Source: an uncultured Chloroflexia bacterium
GTDB taxonomy: Bacteria; Chloroflexota; UBA6077; JACCZL01
Length of the DNA stretch: 64,000 bases
NCBI GenBank assembly: GCA_963765765.1
Contig: CAVXYC010000001.1
Coordinates: forward strand, 128,001-192,000
Reading direction: 5' to 3'
Below are positions 31,440 to 41,887 of this stretch, in pieces. The position numbers and the translations under genes were made by a program. Numbering within the stretch: position 1 is the first letter of the stretch; every line of letters begins with the position of its first letter. A model generated the notes under the pieces. It made no database searches. It had not been told where the DNA came from and saw nothing but the letters and a program-made list of their open reading frames with translations.

Positions 31440-33486
31440 GACCCAAGCAGATAGGGCGCTACATCCGAACCGTTCAGCATCTGACGCCGTCGCAGATCGC
31501 GCACCGAGCGCGCCTGCTCGCATTGCGCACGAGCTACTGCCGTCTTCCGCGGTTGACCAGAGCGCGCTATCGGTGGATGGCCGAGGAGTGTCCCGCCACA
31601 TGGTCCGACTGGAAGCTCCTCCCGGGCACAGACGACATCGATCCTGCTTCGGTGACGGAAGCGATTGAGGATGCGCGGAGCATCGCCGCGGGAACGTACC
31701 GGTTTATCAATCGAACCGCGCAGCTTGGACCACGGCCCGCCTGGCGTGATCATGGCCAATCGCAGCTCTGGAGTTACCATCTCCATTACTTCGACTACTT
31801 GCTCTCATTGGGCATCTGGTGGCGGGTGGAGCAAGCTTCAGACGCGCTCGAGACGGCGGCACGCTTGATCGCTGACTGGATCGAGCGAAATGCACCCGCA
31901 CTGGGCGACGGCTGGCATCCGTATCCCGTGGCTGCCAGGCTGAGCAACTGGCTTCAGGGGACTGAGCTGTTCGGGACAGCGTTGCGGAGCCATCCGCTTG
32001 TTGAGCCGCTGCTGCTACGGTCAGTGACTGAGCAGGTGCTGTTCCTTGAACAGAACATCGAATTTGATGTTCTAGGCAACCACTTACTGAAGAACCTGCG
32101 AGCGCTCGTGCATTGCGGCCTAGCCCTCGATCATCCGGAGAGCCAGCGCTGGCGGCACCAGGGCGCACTCTGGACGTTCGATCAGGTTCGGCGCCAGATC
32201 CTCCCCGATGGCGGGCACTACGAGCGCAGCCCTATGTATCAGATCCAGGTCTTCTGGGACCTCCTCGATATCCTGTCGCAGCTGCAGAACGTGGGCATCT
32301 CCGTTCCATCGGACGTCACAGCTCGACTTCAAGGCAATGCTGAATTGGATCGCAGCTATGCGCCATCCAGACGGAGATATTCCGCTGTTCAATGATGCAG
32401 TGCTGGGGGTGGTGGGACCGCCAGACGATGCGCTGGCGGCGGGGGCGAGGTTCTTCGGGGAACCCCATGAGCTTCTCAATTGGCGCGCCCTTGCGCTCCT
32501 GGGCAAGCTCCCTCGCCCCTTGGGCGCGGGTTGGGGTGAGGGTAGACCGATGTCGTCGATCTCGAGTCCCTCACCCCGCCCTCGCCACAAGGGGCGGAGG
32601 GGGCCGCCGTGTCGCTGACGGCTCCAGCTGACATCGCCCTCCCAGACTCCGGCTACTACGTCTTCAGTGGCCCCAATATCTGGCTCGTCGCTGACGCGGG
32701 CGATCCTTGTCCGGATGAGCTGCCGGCGCATGCGCACGCGGACGCGCTTTCGTTTGAGCTGTCGGTCCGCGGACAGAGGATGATCGTGGACGGCGGTGTG
32801 TTCGAATACCAGGCCGGGATGTGGCGGGACTTTATGCGCGGCACGGCCGCTCACAACACGGTCATGGTCGACGGGCAGGATCAGTCAGAGGTCTGGGGCA
32901 GCTTCAGAGTAGGGCGGCGAGCTCGTGTGCATGCCCGATATTGGGCTCAGCACGATGGGGTGCGCGTGCTGGAAGCCGAGCACGATGGCTATCAGGAAAG
33001 CCTGGGAGTTCGACATCGACGCTGGATCGCTCGGATGGAGCAGCGCTTTTTCATTATCTCGGACTTGCTGGAAGGCTCAGGTGAACACGAAGCGCGCGAG
33101 CTTTATCCATCTCCATCCGGATGCCAAGGTGGGCGATGCGTCGCTCTCCGACGACGCACGCCTGATCGGAGCGGCAACGGCGAGGCGGGATTGCTGATCG
33201 CTCCGTTCGGATTCGACGAGCTCGATCACTATGTCGGATGTCTCAGCTCACCCAGGGCGTGGTACGCGCAGGAGCTCGGGCGGAGGTTGCCATCCACAGA
33301 GATCTCGCTTCTGATGCACGGAGTCATTCCACGAATCTCAGGCTACCTGATCCTGCTGGATACACCTACGTCGGTGAGCATCTCGAGCGGCGTCAGCGAC
33401 CCAATGGTGCGTCGATCTGCGGTTTGACGACGCAAGCATTCCAGGTTCATGCCACCGCGGCGGGAGTCCGCGTAGTCCGTCGGTGA
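31436..33486 (+). CDS. Heparinase II/III family protein (several frameshifts)
   Basis: LWSYHLHYFDY, GNHLLKN, PDGGHYERSPMY, HPDGDIPLFND, AHAHADALSFEL, AHNTV. Confidence 0.88.
32508..32602. repeat. Intragenic REP-like inverted repeat (CCCTCACCCC family)
   Basis: CCCTCGCCCCTTGGGCGCGGGTTGGGGTGAGGG ... CCCTCACCCCGCCCTCGCCACAAGGGGCGGAGGGG. Confidence 0.7.
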
Positions 33487-34713
33487 GAATTGCTTACGTC
33501 TCCCATTACTTCGTGCCGGAGATCGCGGCGCCCTCGGTCAGACTCCGAGGCTTTGGACATCACTGGGCGACGAGCGGCCACCAGGTAACAGTGATCACCG
33601 GGTTCCCGAATCACCCGACCGGCGTCATTCCGAAGCGAGTACCGCGGCCGGCTCATGCAAAAAGAGCGCATCAACGGTATCCGCGTCCTGCGCAACTGGC
33701 TTTACGCCACGCCCAATCGCGGCATTGCGCTCAAGACACTCGGGCATCTGTCGTTCATGGTGACGGCAGTCGCTACAGGGCTGCCTCGTCTTGGTCCGGT
33801 GGACGTCGTTATCGCCTCGTCGCCCACGTTCTTCACTGCCATCTCCGCCTGGGTTATCTCTCGCCTACGAGGCGTGCCGATGGTGTTCGAAGTGCGTGAC
33901 CTCTGGCCGGCGGTGTTTGTGGACCTCGGGGTGCTACGGAATCCATTGCTCATCAAGATGCTGGAGGCGACGGAGATGTTTCTCTATCGCCAGTCCGCAG
34001 CGGTGGTTCCGGTGACTGAGGCGTTCCGTCAGACCATTGTGCAGCGCGGCATTCCGGCCGAAAAGGTGCACGTCATTCCGAACGGCGCGGATATCGAGAC
34101 GTATCGTCCGGAGGTCGACGGCCAGCGGATGCGGGAGAAGCTCGGTCTGGGCGACAAATTCGTGGTCAGCTATATGGGCTCGCACGGGATCTCGCACGGC
34201 CTGAGCGCCGTACTGGACGCGGCGGCGATGCACCGGGACCGTACGGACATCCTCTACCTTCTCATTGGTGAGGGCGCGGAGAAGGAGATGCTCCGGGCCA
34301 AGCGAGACAGCCTTGGACTGGTGAACGTTCGCATGCTGCCGCACCAGCCGCCGGAGTCCATGCCGGAGCTCTACGCCGCGAGCGATATCTGCCTCGTTCC
34401 GCTACGTGACGTGCCAATCTTCGAGACGTTCGTCCCGTCCAAGCTCTTCGAGATCCTCGCCATGGGCCGACCCATCATCGGCTCCGTACGCGGCGAAGCC
34501 CGCTCCATCCTGGAACGATCTGGCGGTGCGCTGCTCATTCCCCCTGAAGATCCCGCCGAGCTTGGTGTCAGCCATCGATGCGCTGCGCGATTGACCTCAA
34601 CGTCGAAGTGAAATGGGTCGGTCAGGGCGGGCGTTTCTGGAGGCGAACTATTCGCACGCGGCGCTCGCGGAGAGGTATCTCAGGGTATTGAAGGTTCGTT
34701 CAGGCCGCGGTGA
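33483..34713 (+). CDS. Glycosyltransferase family 4 (WbuB-like); frameshifts near 33635 and 34565
   Basis: YFVPEIAAPS, TGFPNHP, FEVRDLWP, PSKLFEILAMGRP. Confidence 0.9.
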
Positions 34714-35215
34714 TCGAGTTTCCTTCGGCCTATCTCTTGACGTTCTCCACGTATGGGACGCGGTTGCATGGAGATGAGCGAGGTTCGGTCAACCGCGAGC
34801 GGAATGGTTGGGAGGAGCCGATGCTTTCCGCACAACGTGCCCTTCGCTGATTCAGGCCGAGGTAGCTGCGATGAAACAAGAGCCATACGTCGTCGACGAT
34901 CGCCGCCGTGAGTCATCGGCGGAGGCGATTCGGAAGTCGTGCGCAGTTTCGCGGCTGGCGACTCTCGCGTCGAATCTTCGGTCGAATCATGTTCAGTTAG
35001 TAGTGCAGGCGTTCGTGCGTCCCGAGCGAATGTTGGATGACTTCAAATGATGCAAGTCGCAGCATTGCAGAGCAGCTCAGTGAGTTAGCGAAGCAGAATC
35101 GGTGGACTCGACATGGGAGCACACGATATCTCTGGACATCAAAAGCAGTCGAGGCAGCGGTGCGGTACATCATGGTAGACGGAATCAAGGGGCACGGCTC
35201 GATGCGGATATGAGA
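34710..35215 (+). pseudogene. REP-associated tyrosine transposase (RAYT, IS200-like Y1), degenerate
   Basis: Manual translation AYLLTFSTYGTRLHGDERGSV...SNHVQLVV...WTRHGSTRYLW...AAVRYI; frameshifts; HUH motif reads HVQ. Confidence 0.75.
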
Positions 35216-35240
35216 ACACCGGCGAAATTGATCTCTAACA

Positions 35241-35348
35241 CCGACAGAGCCGCATCCCGTAAGGGTGCGGTTCCCTGGCGAGCACCTCCACACGGCGCCG
35301 GGTAATTCTCGAGAGGAACCGCACCCTTACGGGATGCGGCTCTGTCGG
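35241..35348. repeat. REP doublet: perfect 34-bp inverted repeat
   Basis: CCGACAGAGCCGCATCCCGTAAGGGTGCGGTTCC (35241-35274) and its exact reverse complement (35315-35348); each arm is itself a hairpin. Confidence 0.88.
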
Positions 35349-35356
35349 ATCTAGGG

Positions 35357-36239
35357 ATGATCCTCCTCACCGGCGCCACCGGGTTCCTCGGCGAGCGCGT
35401 CGCACGGTACCTCGTTGGGGCGGGGCATGAGGTGCGCTGCTTCGTACGGCCGACTAGCGATCGCTCCATGCTCGCAGGCCTGAATTTGGAATACGCCGTA
35501 GGCGATCTGACCGACGAAGCAGCGCTCGCCGAATCAATGAATGGCTGTGACACGTTGGTGAATGTCGCATCAATCGGCTTCGGGCATGGTCCGGGGATCG
35601 TTCGCGCAGCGGAGCGGGCCGGCGTTAAGCGGGCAATCTTTTTCAGCACTACGGCAATCTTTACAACGCTGCCAGCACAGACTAAAGCCGTGCGGCTGGA
35701 GGCCGAGCAGGCGATCATCAACAGCCCGCTCGATTGGACGATCTTGCGTCCGACAATGATCTACGGCTCGCCACGTGATCGAAATATGTGGCGCCTGATC
35801 AGCTATCTGAAGAGATATCCGTTGATTCCGGTACCAGGTAACGGCGAGAGTTTGCAGCAGCCGGTGTTCGTCGATGACCTGGCTCAGGCAACCGCCGCGG
35901 CATTAGCCACACAGGCGAGCATCGGAAAAGCGCTCAACCTGGCTGGATCTAAACCGCTCAGCTACAACGAGGTGATTGACACGGTGGCAGGCCTGTTGGG
36001 ACAGCGAGTGCTCAAACTACACGTTCCGCTGCGTGTTGCGCTGCTTGGACTTGGAGCGTACAATGCGCTCCGTCGCCGAGCCGCTATTACGATCAGAGCA
36101 GCTCCTCAGATTGAACGAAGACAAGGCGTTCAGTATCCACGAGGCCAGGGCCTGCATCGGGTATGAGCCGCTCACATTCAGTGAGGGCATATCGCGTGAG
36201 CTTCAGGCGCTCCGTCGCACGGCCAGTGTGGCCTCCTAG
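35357..36239 (+). CDS. NAD-dependent epimerase/dehydratase; frameshift near 36095
   Basis: TGATGFLG, WTILRPTMIYG, QPVFVDDLA. Confidence 0.88.
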
Positions 36240-36254
36240 TCTCAGGAATCACTT

Positions 36255-37313
36255 GTGGCTGCTCTGGCGTTTCTCATTGGCGCGGCAGCGTTTTCCTATG
36301 TGGCCGTAGCCCTGGCCAAGCGCTGGGCACTTGCTCACCGGATCATGGACGTTCCCAACGCGCGCAGCTCACATACGCAACCAATGCCTCGTGCTGGCGG
36401 GATGGGCATGGTGGTCACGTTTTGCATAGCCTTCCTTGTTGCGGCCTTCATCACGACAGCGATGCAGGAGACAGTTGGACCGGCTGCCTGGGCCGTCGTT
36501 GGCGGCGGAATTGCTGTGGCGATCGTCGGTCTTGTTGATGACCTTCGACCTCTACCGGGACGGGCTCGTTTCGGAGTCCATCTTCTGGCGGCGATCGTAG
36601 TGGTGACGGCGGGCGCGCGTATCGAATGGATCACGCTGCCATTTGCTGGCAGCACCTCTCTGGGGATCTTCGGAGCCGCGTTGTCGGTGTTGTGGATCGT
36701 CGCCGTGACGAACATCTACAACTTTATGGACGGCATCGATGGCATCGCCGCGGGCGTGGCGGTGATCTCGAGTCTCGGTCTGGCGATTCTCGGGGTGCTC
36801 GGCGGCGATCTGCTTCTAGTTATGCTGGCCTGCGCGCTCGCCGGTAGCGCGCTCGGGTTTCTCGCGCACAACTTCCCGCCCGCCAGCGTGTTCATGGGTG
36901 ATGTCGGCAGCGGATTTCTTGGCTTCTTACTCGCGGGCTTGACGCTTCTGGCCGGATCAACGTCGTCCAACGGTATGTCAGGTTTTGCCGCCGGTGTTGT
37001 GCTTGCTCCGTTCCTTCTGGACGGCACACTGACGCTGATTCGTCGTATCGCCAGGGGCGAGCGCTGGTATGAGGCGCACCGCAGCCACTACTACCAGAGA
37101 CTGGTGATTCTCGGGAACTCACATCGCACGGTTTCGTTGTTGTATTACGGATTGACGCTCCTGGCAGTCCTCGGTGCCGTTGCATATGTCATATTTCCCA
37201 GCCCGATCGGCCTTCTTCTGACGCTCATAAGTGTGGCTCCATTTTTCGTTCTCACAGTTGCCGTCCCTCGTTGGGAATCGCGACGCGCTGGACCTACGCC
37301 GAGCCACAGTTAG
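36255..37313 (+). CDS. Polyprenyl-phosphate HexNAc-1-phosphate transferase (WecA/WbpL, MraY-like)
   Basis: DVPNARSSH, PRAGG, GLVDD, NIYNFMDGIDG, FMGDVGS, AHRSHYYQ. Confidence 0.92.
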   Translation: MAALAFLIGAAAFSYVAVALAKRWALAHRIMDVPNARSSHTQPMPRAGGMGMVVTFCIAFLVAAFITTAMQETVGPAAWAVVGGGIAVAIVGLVDDLRPLPGRARFGVHLLAAIVVVTAGARIEWITLPFAGSTSLGIFGAALSVLWIVAVTNIYNFMDGIDGIAAGVAVISSLGLAILGVLGGDLLLVMLACALAGSALGFLAHNFPPASVFMGDVGSGFLGFLLAGLTLLAGSTSSNGMSGFAAGVVLAPFLLDGTLTLIRRIARGERWYEAHRSHYYQRLVILGNSHRTVSLLYYGLTLLAVLGAVAYVIFPSPIGLLLTLISVAPFFVLTVAVPRWESRRAGPTPSHS

Positions 37314-37356
37314 ATCTGCGCTCGAGCTTCAAGAATCGGTAGAGTTGCAATGATTC

Positions 37357-38667
37357 ATGGCTAACCCCGTTCCATTAGCCTCCCCCACGGACTCACCGAC
37401 CTTGTGCGTGCTGGGTCTGGGTTACATTGGACTGCCAACAGCCAGCATGTTCGCCGTCTCCGGTCTGCAGGTCCTAGGGGTCGATGTAAACCCGCGCGTC
37501 GTGGAGTGGCTGCAGGCAGGGCGCATCCACATCGAGGAGCCAGATCTGCAGACGCTGGTTCAGGCGGCGGTAAATTCGGGACAGCTGCGAATCAGCCTTG
37601 AGGCAGAGCTTGCAGACGCATTCATCATCGCCGTACCAACGCCTATCACTGAGGACCACAAGGCCGACCTGACTTTCGTCAGAAGCGCGGCTGAAACGAT
37701 TCTCCCGCACCTGCGCGAGGGCAACCTGGTGGTTCTGGAATCAACGGTTCCGCCGCGCACTACGCGCGATGTGCTTCAGCCTATCCTGGAGCTATCCGGC
37801 CTGAAGGCCGGTGTGGATTTCGCACTGGCTCACTGTCCCGAGCGCGTACTCCCCGGCAAGATTCTGATCGAGCTCGTGGAGAACGATCGAATCATTGGTG
37901 GACTCACGCCCGGATGTGCTGACCGTGCGACGGAGCTGTACCGGACGTTCGTGCGCGGAGCGCTTCACCAGACCGACGCCACTACGGCCGAGATGGTGAA
38001 GGTCATGGAAAATACATGCCGCGACGTAAACATTGCACTGGCCAACCAGTTTGCCGTGCTGGCTGAAGGATTTGGCGTTGACGCTTGGGAAGCTATAGAT
38101 CTGGCTAACAAGCACCCCCGCGTCCAGGTTCTGCGACCAGGACCCGGGGTTGGCGGACACTGCATAGCGGTCGATCCCTGGTTCCTTATCGAGTCCGCTC
38201 CTGAGCAAGCGCCACTCATCATCGCTGCCCGTAAGCTCAATGAGTCGATGCCGGGCCACGTTGTCGACCTCATCAAGACTCAGTCCCCCAATCCCTCCGA
38301 TGGACCCATCGCGGCCTTCGGCCTGGCATACAAGGGCGATGTGGGTGACGTGCGGGAGAGTCCGTCTGTCGAGGTGGTTCTTGAAGCCATCCGCGCAGGG
38401 TATGAAGTGCGCGCGCACGATCCTCATGTCAAGCATGATGGCGGCGGAGACCTGCCTCCCTGCTTCGACCTCGCCGGGGCGCTTGACGGCGCCCAGGCCC
38501 TGGTGCTGTTGACAGATCACAGCGCATTCCGACGATTAGATCCTCACGAGGCCGGTGAGCTCATGCGCACGAGGCGGCTCATCGATACCCGCAACGCATT
38601 GAACCATGACGCCTGGCGCGCAGCCGGATTCCAGGTCACAACGCTGGGTCGCGGTGCACCGTGCTGA
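37357..38667 (+). CDS. wecC: UDP-N-acetyl-D-mannosamine dehydrogenase
   Basis: GLGYIGLP, AVPTP, ESTVPP, CPERVLPG, PGPGVGGHCIAVDP, DVRESP. Confidence 0.9.
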   Translation: MANPVPLASPTDSPTLCVLGLGYIGLPTASMFAVSGLQVLGVDVNPRVVEWLQAGRIHIEEPDLQTLVQAAVNSGQLRISLEAELADAFIIAVPTPITEDHKADLTFVRSAAETILPHLREGNLVVLESTVPPRTTRDVLQPILELSGLKAGVDFALAHCPERVLPGKILIELVENDRIIGGLTPGCADRATELYRTFVRGALHQTDATTAEMVKVMENTCRDVNIALANQFAVLAEGFGVDAWEAIDLANKHPRVQVLRPGPGVGGHCIAVDPWFLIESAPEQAPLIIAARKLNESMPGHVVDLIKTQSPNPSDGPIAAFGLAYKGDVGDVRESPSVEVVLEAIRAGYEVRAHDPHVKHDGGGDLPPCFDLAGALDGAQALVLLTDHSAFRRLDPHEAGELMRTRRLIDTRNALNHDAWRAAGFQVTTLGRGAPC

Positions 38668-39768
38668 CGGTACTGACCATCTTCGGCACGAGGCCCGAAG
38701 CCATCAAGCTCGCGCCCGTGGTATTGGAGCTGGCGAGATTTCCGTCCGAAGTCTGCTCCGTGGTGTGCATCACCGCGCAGCACCGCGACATGCTTGACCA
38801 GGTACTGCGTATCTTTGAGATCCAGCCGGACCTGGATCTCGACCTCATGACCGAGAACCAGACTCTTCCAGACCTAACTTCGGCAGCTCTTCTGGGCGTC
38901 ACGAGTGTGCTGGAGCAGGTTCAGCCAGACGTTGTGCTTGTCCAGGGAGATACGACGTCCGCGATGGCGGCCGGGCTGGCGGCGTTCTACCGGAAAATTC
39001 CCGTTGGGCATGTGGAAGCGGGACTTCGAACAGGCGATCGTTATCAGCCGTTTCCCGAGGAGATCAATCGGAAGCTGCTCAGCGCCATCGCCACCTACCA
39101 CTTCGCTCCTACAGACGTGGCTCGCGAGTCGCTCTTGCGCGAGGGCATCCCGAGCGATTCGGTGCTCATGACCGGGAAATACCGTGGTGGATGCGCTACA
39201 GACCATCGCCCGGAAGGGTGAAGCTCATAACGGATTGGCTGCACTCGGCGTTGAGCGGCGACTCATTCTTATGACGGCGCACAGACGTGAGAACTTTGGA
39301 GCGCCGCTGGAGAACATCTGCCGCGCCGTATTACGCTTGGTGGAGCAAAACCCCGACGTCGAAATAGCTTACCCGGTGCATCGCAACCCCAACGTACGGG
39401 AGACCGTGGAGCGTATGCTGAGCGGGCAGGAGCGGGTCCATCTCCTCCCGCCACTCGAGTATGACCAGTTCATTCATCTCCTCTCACGCTCCACGCTCGT
39501 GCTGACTGACTCTGGCGGACTGCAGGAAGAAGGCCCGGTGCTGGGCAAGCCAGTCCTGGTCATGAGGGAGATGACCGAACGGCCGGAGGGCGTCGCCGCG
39601 GGCTCGAATCGATTGGTGGGAACAGACGCCGACCCGATCGTCAGCGAGGCTGAGCGACTGCTGCACGATCCCATCGCGTATCAAGCCATGGCCCGCGCCT
39701 CAAATCCCTTCGGCGACGGACACGCCGCCGCGAGAATCGTGGAGTTTTTGAGGGACAGGCGACGATGA
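38661..39768 (+). CDS. wecB: UDP-N-acetylglucosamine 2-epimerase; frameshift near 39178
   Basis: FGTRPEAIK, QGDTT, HVEAGLR, PFPEE, TAHRREN, TDSGGLQEE, NPFGDG. Confidence 0.93.
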
Positions 39769-39774
39769 CCAATC

Positions 39775-39855
39775 GAGTGAAGAGTGAAAAGTTAAAAGTG
39801 AAGAGCGAACAGCCGGCCATAGACGCGAAGCCACCTCACTCTTCACTCTTCAATC
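39775..39855. repeat. Inverted heptamer arrays, (GAGTGAA)x5 and (TTCACTC)x3
   Basis: GAGTGAA GAGTGAA AAGTTAA AAGTGAA GAGCGAA ... CTCACTC TTCACTC TTCAATC. Confidence 0.75.
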
Positions 39856-39867
39856 CCGCGAAGCGGG

Positions 39868-41763
39868 TTGCCTGTGCGCCTGATCAGCGCTGAGGGTTTC
39901 TGGTCGGACGTGCGGCGGCATGCTCCGCTGCTGGTCTTAGATGGCGTCCTCACGGTGTTGGCGTTCTTCGCGGCGCTGGCATTTCGCTTTGATGGCGAGA
40001 TTCCGTTTCGCTGGATCACGCGGTTTGTTCTCTGGTCGCCGTTCCTCGCAATCACGTTCTGCGGCGCCAACGTCTTCTTTGGCATGTATCGGCGGGTCTG
40101 GCGATTCGCCGGGCTCCATGATCTCATTCGACTGTGTTACTCCGTAGCCACGGCTGGGGGCATCGCCTTGCTCTTCTGCCTGGTGCTGACGCCAATTGAC
40201 CGCCGATTGCCGCTGACCGTTGTAATAGTGGGCACCGGGGCGGCGTTTCTTTGCTTCGTCGCGGTGCGACTGTTTCCCAGGATTCGCGAGTCCTACCGAA
40301 CAGGCCGAGAGTGGGGCGAAGCGCCCGGCGTCTTGATCGTAGGGGCCGGCCGAGTTGGTCAGGCACTCGCTCGTGATCTGCTCGTGAATCGAGCCTGGAA
40401 CTACCGGCCGGTGTGCTTTGTAGACGATGAGCCGGGAAATGCTGGCCTGCGGGTCCACGGCATTCCGATCCGCGGGACGCGGACCGACATTCCGGAGCTA
40501 GTGAAAGAGGAGAACATCGATGTCATCGCCATCGCAATGCCCTCCGCTTCGGGTGAGGCGATTCGCGAGCTCATCAGTATCTGTCAGCAGACGGACGCTC
40601 GGATCCTGACGGTTCCCGGCGTGCCGGAGCTACTGCAGCCAGGCGGCGAGGGACGGCAGCTTCTACGTGAAATGACGGTCATGGATTTGCTGGGACGAGA
40701 GGCCGTGGAGATCGATCTGGACGTTTGCGCCGGCTACGTGGCCGGCCGGACCGTACTTGTAACCGGGGCAGCGGGATCGATCGGCTCGGAGCTGGTTCGG
40801 CAGATCCTGCGCCTGGGTCCGTCGAGGCTGCTGATGCTGGATAACAACGAAACCGGCCTCTATGACCTCAACCTTGATCTCAGTCCGGATCGTGGCGAGA
40901 CGGAGCTCGTGAGCATCGTGGCGAATGTCGCCGTTTCCGAGAAGATCGAGGACATTTTTGACCAGTATCGGCCGCATGTGGTGTTTCACGCGGCCGCATA
41001 CAAGCATGTGCCGCTCATGGAGGAGCATCCGGATCAGGCCTTTACGGTCAATGTGCTTGGCACGCGGAACGTCTGTACCATGGCCGCGCGCGTCGGAGCA
41101 GAGCGCCTAGTGCTCATCTCCACCGATAAGGCCGTGAACCCGAACAACGTCATGGGCTTGTCCAAGCGGTTAGCGGAGCTCATCGTGATGTCATTCGCGG
41201 CACAGGGGCATCGCTTTTGTGCCGTACGATTCGGCAATGTCCTCGGCAGTCGCGGCAGCGTGGTTCCGACCTTCCTGCGTCAAATTGAACGGGGCGGCCC
41301 GTTGCAGGTCACGCATCCGGACGTGAAGCGCTTCTTTATGACCGTGAGTGAGGCGGTCAGCCTGGTCATTCAGAGCGGCGCATTTGCTGATTCCGGCTCG
41401 GTTTACCTGCTAGAGATGGGTGCGGAGATGCGCATCGCCGATCTCGCCGAGAACATGGCGCGTCTCAAGGGGCTGCGGGTCGGCAAGGACATCGATATCG
41501 TCTTTACTGGTCTCCGCCCGGGTGAGAAGATGAGCGAAGAGCTCTCGAGCACCGTCGAGTCGGTGGATCCGACCGACCATCGGCACGTGCGCCGAGTCCT
41601 GACGCCCGAGCTGCCATCGCGGACGGCCCTGGAAATCGAGCTGGAGAAGCTTGTCGATGACCACCATGACCTGGATTCGGCCGGCCTCGTGGCACGCATG
41701 TACGCTATCGCTGAGAGGTTCGCTACCAGCGAGCGGGAGCGGTCGCAGATCGCCGGGGCGTAG
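39868..41763 (+). CDS. Nucleoside-diphosphate sugar 4,6-dehydratase (CapD/PglF/WbpM family)
   Basis: N-terminal TMs; TGAAGSIGSEL, FHAAAYKHVP, STDKAV, VRFGNVLGSRGSV, GLRPGEK. Confidence 0.93.
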   Translation: MPVRLISAEGFWSDVRRHAPLLVLDGVLTVLAFFAALAFRFDGEIPFRWITRFVLWSPFLAITFCGANVFFGMYRRVWRFAGLHDLIRLCYSVATAGGIALLFCLVLTPIDRRLPLTVVIVGTGAAFLCFVAVRLFPRIRESYRTGREWGEAPGVLIVGAGRVGQALARDLLVNRAWNYRPVCFVDDEPGNAGLRVHGIPIRGTRTDIPELVKEENIDVIAIAMPSASGEAIRELISICQQTDARILTVPGVPELLQPGGEGRQLLREMTVMDLLGREAVEIDLDVCAGYVAGRTVLVTGAAGSIGSELVRQILRLGPSRLLMLDNNETGLYDLNLDLSPDRGETELVSIVANVAVSEKIEDIFDQYRPHVVFHAAAYKHVPLMEEHPDQAFTVNVLGTRNVCTMAARVGAERLVLISTDKAVNPNNVMGLSKRLAELIVMSFAAQGHRFCAVRFGNVLGSRGSVVPTFLRQIERGGPLQVTHPDVKRFFMTVSEAVSLVIQSGAFADSGSVYLLEMGAEMRIADLAENMARLKGLRVGKDIDIVFTGLRPGEKMSEELSSTVESVDPTDHRHVRRVLTPELPSRTALEIELEKLVDDHHDLDSAGLVARMYAIAERFATSERERSQIAGA

Positions 41764-41772
41764 CAATCACTA

Positions 41773-41874
41773 GACCGCGGGCGTCCCGCCCGTCCTGATG
41801 CGACCGATTTAAGCCGCCGGAGTACGGATCAAAACCTGAGCTACCGGATCGGGATGGACGCGACGCCCGCGGTC
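41773..41874. repeat. REP-like inverted repeat pair between convergent genes
   Basis: GACCGCGGGCGTCCCGCCCGTCC ... GGATGGACGCGACGCCCGCGGTC (20/23 complementary). Confidence 0.7.
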
Positions 41875-41887
41875 CCGGGGAAAACGA

